Shown here: positions 28,507 to 32,000 of the stretch, piece after piece | Layout: the number at the start of each line of letters is the position of its first letter | Numbering within the stretch: position 1 is the first letter of the stretch | From: Candidatus Karelsulcia muelleri | GTDB lineage: Bacteria; Bacteroidota; Bacteroidia; Flavobacteriales; Blattabacteriaceae | Assembly: GCF_022985615.1 (NCBI RefSeq) | Contig: NZ_CP094965.1 | Span: forward strand, 90,001-122,000 | DNA: 32,000 bases | Reading direction: 5' to 3' | The notes under the pieces: model-generated | Told to the model about the DNA's origin: nothing | Databases searched by the model: none | The model's input: only the letters and a program-made list of their open reading frames with translations | Translations under genes and position numbers: made by a program

Positions 28507-30234
28507 ATGAAAAAAAAAATAAGAATATTTAATTTAATAACTATAAAAGAGTTAGCATCATTAACTAATGTACGAAAAGAGGAAATAATAAAGATTTGTA
28601 GTTCATTAGGAATTAAAGTATCTTTTTATCAACGATTAGATTATGAATTATTGACTTTAGTAGCTTCAGATTTGGGATATGAAGTTGAATTGATAGATAA
28701 ACAAATAATAAAACGCAATAACAAGAAAGTAAGTCTATCAAGAGATCCAGTTATTATTCTTCTAGGTCACGTTGATCATGGAAAAACTTCTTTATTAGAT
28801 TACATAAAAAGAAGCCAAGTAAATTATGAAGAATATGGTGGGATTACTCAAAACATAGGAGTATATAAAGTAAATATTAATAAAAATAATAGTTTAACTT
28901 TTATAGATACTCCAGGACATGAAGCCTTTATGGCGATGAGATATAGGGGCACTCAAATAACTGATATTGCGGTAGTAGTAATAGCAACTGATGAAGACAT
29001 TATGCAACATACTAATGAAGCAATAAATAATGCAAAATCTGTTGGCATACCTATTATATTTGCTTTTAATAAAATAGATAAAAAAAATTCAGATATAGAT
29101 AAAATAAGGAGAAAACTAGCAGAAATAAATATTTTAGTTGAAGAATGGGGTGGGGCTTATCAATCACAAGAGATATCTGCAAAATATGGAATTGGAATAG
29201 ATAAACTAATAGAAAAAATAATTTTAGAAGCTGAATTATTAGATTTAAAATACTCTCCAGAGAATTTTGCGGTAGGTTCGATAATAGAATCCTCTTTAAA
29301 TAAAGAAAATGGATATACAGCTACAATAATTATTAAAGATGGGATTCTAACTTTAGGAGATTATATCTTAGTTGGAGAAATTTTTGGTAAAGTAATTAAA
29401 ATACTAGATGAAAGAGGTAATCAGCTTAAATATGTTCGACCTTCAAGACCAGTATTAATTTTAGGTCTTAATGGTACCCCAGCAGCAGGAGATATATTTC
29501 ATTCCTATAAGACTGAAAAAGAATTTCAAAAAATATTTAATTATAAAAATCTTTTAAAAAAAGAGCAAGAATTAAGATTCGAAAGTCATGAAAGTCATAC
29601 CTCAGAAAAACTAAACATAATAATTAAGGCAGATTTAAACGGATCTCTAGAAGCTCTTACTGAATCTTTAGAAAAAATTAATATAAATAATAAAAAAATC
29701 AATTTAATTTATAAAAGCATAGGAAATATTAATGAATCTGATGTTTTACTAGCAGATACGTACAAAGCTATGATAGTTGGTTTTAAAGTTAAAATTTCTT
29801 CAGCAGCCCAAAAATTAGCTAATAATAATAAGATACTTATTAAAGTATATAATTTAATATATAAAATGGAGAAAAATATAAAGGATTTTTTGAGCAATAA
29901 TTCCAAGAGAGAAGAGTTAATTTACGGTAGAGCAAAAATACAAAATTTTTTTACTATACGAAAAATTGGTATAGTAGCAGGTTGTATAGTTTTAGAAGGG
30001 AAAATGGTAAGAAATTCCACAATAAAATTAAAAAGAGATAATAAAATTCTTTATGTGGGGAAATTAAATTCTTTGAAAACTTTTAAAAAAGATGTCAATG
30101 TAGTAAAAAAAGGTTCTGAATGTGGAATAAATATTAAAAATTTTAATAATATAAAAATAGGAGATATTATAGAATCATATAAGGATTTAGGAGGGAGTTG
30201 GAGAATGGGAGGAGAATCTAAGGTAATTTATTGA
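28507..30234 (+). CDS. infB: Translation initiation factor IF-2 (short, 575 aa)
   Basis: 'VILLGHVDHGKTSLLDYI', 'FIDTPGHEAFMAMRYRG', 'FAFNKIDK'. Confidence 0.95.
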   Translation: MKKKIRIFNLITIKELASLTNVRKEEIIKICSSLGIKVSFYQRLDYELLTLVASDLGYEVELIDKQIIKRNNKKVSLSRDPVIILLGHVDHGKTSLLDYIKRSQVNYEEYGGITQNIGVYKVNINKNNSLTFIDTPGHEAFMAMRYRGTQITDIAVVVIATDEDIMQHTNEAINNAKSVGIPIIFAFNKIDKKNSDIDKIRRKLAEINILVEEWGGAYQSQEISAKYGIGIDKLIEKIILEAELLDLKYSPENFAVGSIIESSLNKENGYTATIIIKDGILTLGDYILVGEIFGKVIKILDERGNQLKYVRPSRPVLILGLNGTPAAGDIFHSYKTEKEFQKIFNYKNLLKKEQELRFESHESHTSEKLNIIIKADLNGSLEALTESLEKININNKKINLIYKSIGNINESDVLLADTYKAMIVGFKVKISSAAQKLANNNKILIKVYNLIYKMEKNIKDFLSNNSKREELIYGRAKIQNFFTIRKIGIVAGCIVLEGKMVRNSTIKLKRDNKILYVGKLNSLKTFKKDVNVVKKGSECGINIKNFNNIKIGDIIESYKDLGGSWRMGGESKVIY

Positions 30235-30442
30235 TATAAATCTGTATTTTTCTTTTTAATCTATTGGCTTTATTTTTATGTATAATTTTTTTTTTTGCTA
30301 ATTTATCTATTAAGGATGAAGTTAAACTAAATTTTAGTTGTGCTATTTTTTTATCTTTTACTGATTTATTCTTTTTAATTGCAGTTTTTGTGGATTTAAA
30401 AAAATATTTGTTGATTTTGGGAATTTTTTTATGTGAACCCAT
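30218..30442 (-). CDS. rpsT: 30S ribosomal protein S20
   Basis: 'KSTKTAIKKNK...SSLIDKLAKKKIIHKNKANRLKRKI' matches the S20 C-terminal signature. Confidence 0.85.
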   Translation of the reverse strand: MGSHKKIPKINKYFFKSTKTAIKKNKSVKDKKIAQLKFSLTSSLIDKLAKKKIIHKNKANRLKRKIQIYINKLP

Positions 30443-30459
30443 TCTTTCTTATTTTAAGA

Positions 30460-30531
30460 TAGCCCATAGGGGAATTGAACCCCTCTTTTCAGAATGAAAA
30501 TCTGATGTCCTAACCAATAGACGAATGGGCC
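30460..30531 (-). tRNA. tRNA-Glu (TTC)
   Basis: Reverse complement GGCCCATTCGTCTATTGGTTAGGACATCAGATTTTCATTCTGAAAAGAGGGGTTCAATTCCCCTATGGGCTA; stem TCAGA/TCTGA, loop TTTTCAT. Confidence 0.92.
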
Positions 30532-30537
30532 CTTTTT

Positions 30538-30816
30538 TTAAATCTTTTTAACTCCATTTAAGAAATGTTTTTTGTAAAACACTCCTTTTTTATATAAAAA
30601 AGATTTAACAGTATTAGTAGGTTGTGCACCTTTTTCTAACCAATATATAGCTTTCTCTACATTTACTTCAACAATATATGGATTTTGAACGGGATTGTAA
30701 ATTCCGATTTTTTCAATGAATTTTCCATCTCTAGGAGAATTGGAATTAGCTATTACAATTGAATAAAAAGGTTGTTTTTTTTTTCCTTTTCTTTGTAGAC
30801 GGATTCTAAGAGACAT
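30538..30816 (-). CDS. rpsP: 30S ribosomal protein S16
   Basis: 'MSLRIRLQRKGKKKQPFYSIVIANSNSPRDGKFIEKIGIYNP'. Confidence 0.95.
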   Translation of the reverse strand: MSLRIRLQRKGKKKQPFYSIVIANSNSPRDGKFIEKIGIYNPVQNPYIVEVNVEKAIYWLEKGAQPTNTVKSFLYKKGVFYKKHFLNGVKKI

Positions 30817-30895
30817 AAATTGAATTGAGTAAATAAAGTATATATAACAAAATATACTTATATTGTAAAAAAAAACCTTTATATTTAATGTTAAA

Positions 30896-30966
30896 AGATT
30901 CGTAGTGTAATGGTAGCACAGCAGATTTTGGTTCTGTTAGTTAGGGTTCAAATCCCTGCGAATCTG
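30896..30966 (+). tRNA. tRNA-Gln (TTG)
   Basis: AGATTCG TA GTGTAATGGTAGCAC A GCAGA TTTTGGT TCTGT TAGT... TTCAAAT CCCTG CGAATCT G. Confidence 0.9.
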
Positions 30967-31223
30967 AAGAATCGAATATGAAGTAAAGAATGTAAAGAAT
31001 CATCTTCTAGAATCTGTATCTTCTAGAATCTAAATCTAAAACCCGTCAAAGAAGAAATAGCAAAAAGATCGAGATTATTAATCTATATAAAGATAAACAA
31101 TTTCATGTTTATCATAGAGGAATTTTAATTGATAAAACGATTTATTAGAAAGGGAGAGTCTTTAAAAGAAAGACTAATGACTGTAATAGCAATAATTAAT
31201 AATTATAATTAATAAAATTATAA

Positions 31224-31693
31224 TTAATAATTATTTTTAGCAGAATTTATTATTTTTTCTTTACTCGGGTACCAAAGTTTAATTAAGTTTTTGGCATAAG
31301 GAGCTGGAGTATCTTCTAAAGTAATTCTTTTGATTGGAGCATCTAAGTAATCAAAAGCATATTTTTGTACTAAATAAGTAATTTCAGATGAAATAGAACA
31401 AAATGGCCAAGCTTCTTCTAGAATAATTAATCTATTAGTATTGTTTTAATGATTACATCATTAATAGCTGATTTTAAAAGCCCTTTAGCATCATATGCAT
31501 TAGATGGAACTACTACTTTTAATCCAGGACAATGAGCATACAAATTCTCTAAAGATTGTGAATGTGTAGCACCCAATTGACCAGCAAATCCTGTAGGGCA
31601 TCGAAATACTATTGGTAGTTGACCTCCACTCATTTGTCGGATTTTAGCAGCATTATTTATTATTTGATCTATAGCTACTAATGAAAAAAGTCA
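31224..31693 (-). pseudogene. pdhB: Decayed pyruvate dehydrogenase E1 beta subunit
   Basis: Minus-strand frames give '[76 protein letters not shown]', then (shifted frame, internal segment missing) '[56 protein letters not shown]'. Confidence 0.85.
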
Positions 31694-31720
31694 TAAATTA
31701 ATTTTTTTTATCTTTGACTT

Positions 31721-32000
31721 TTAATATAAGAAAGAAATTAATTTTCGAAATTTAGAGGTATGTCTTAGTCTTTTTAAAGTATGGATTTCGATTTGTCTAC
31801 ATCTTTCACGAGTTAATTTTAAGATTTTAGCTATTTCTTCTAATGAATGAGGGTAACATCCTAGACCAAAATGAAGTTTAATAATTTTAGCTTCTCTCTC
31901 GGGTAGAGTTTTTAAAACGGATTGGATTTCTTCTTTAAGGGAATCCAATTCTAATTTTTCTTCTGCATTTTCACAATTTTTATTTGTTAAAATTTCATAC
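31721..32000 (-). CDS. rpoD: RNA polymerase primary sigma factor, C-terminal part (5' end outside window)
   Basis: 'SVLKTLPEREAKIIKLHFGLGCYPHSLEEIAKILKLTRERCRQIEIHTLKRLRHTSKFRKL' is sigma70 region 4; the frame stays open past the tracked TTG start to base 32000. Confidence 0.9.
   Translation of the reverse strand, partial: YEILTNKNCENAEEKLELDSLKEEIQSVLKTLPEREAKIIKLHFGLGCYPHSLEEIAKILKLTRERCRQIEIHTLKRLRHTSKFRKLISFLY

Noticed and set aside
30264-30497. ORF 30264..30497 'MALFLCIIFFFANLSIKDEVKLNF...'
   Set aside because: Antisense to rpsT and the tRNA-Glu; 'HRGIEPLFSE' is the reverse translation of the tRNA.

Overview
AT-rich, intron-free, gene-dense bacterial segment. Gene content and diverged but recognisable proteins look like a strongly reduced Bacteroidota (flavobacterial) insect nutritional endosymbiont, in the Sulcia/Uzinura/Walczuchella/Blattabacterium-type range. 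This lineage call is inference; no database was searched. Recognisable content: rluD-type gene (partial), rpmG, rpmB, serS, leuS, tyrS, a complete leuA-leuC-leuD-leuB set, rnpA, prfB, rpsU, obg, lpdA, smpB, a DUF3127-like OB-fold gene, groL/groS, miaB, sufB-C-D-S, infB, rpsT, rpsP, a decayed pdhB remnant, rpoD (partial) and six tRNAs (His, Phe, Leu, Met/Ile-CAT, Glu, Gln). I see no CRISPR array, transposon, phage, toxin-antitoxin or defence cassette. The unusual signals are: (1) about 2.2 kb (16430-18690) and about 0.5 kb (19690-20165) of intergenic DNA made almost entirely of different short-period tandem repeats, several palindromic; (2) slippage-like repeats inside conserved genes (rpmG, prfB, rnpA, DUF3127-like gene, groL, leuS); (3) functional erosion of translation proteins: a LeuRS CP1 domain lacking the canonical editing residues, and an RF2 missing domain 1; (4) a tRNA-Leu with a 5-nt variable loop; (5) a pdhB pseudogene with an internal deletion.
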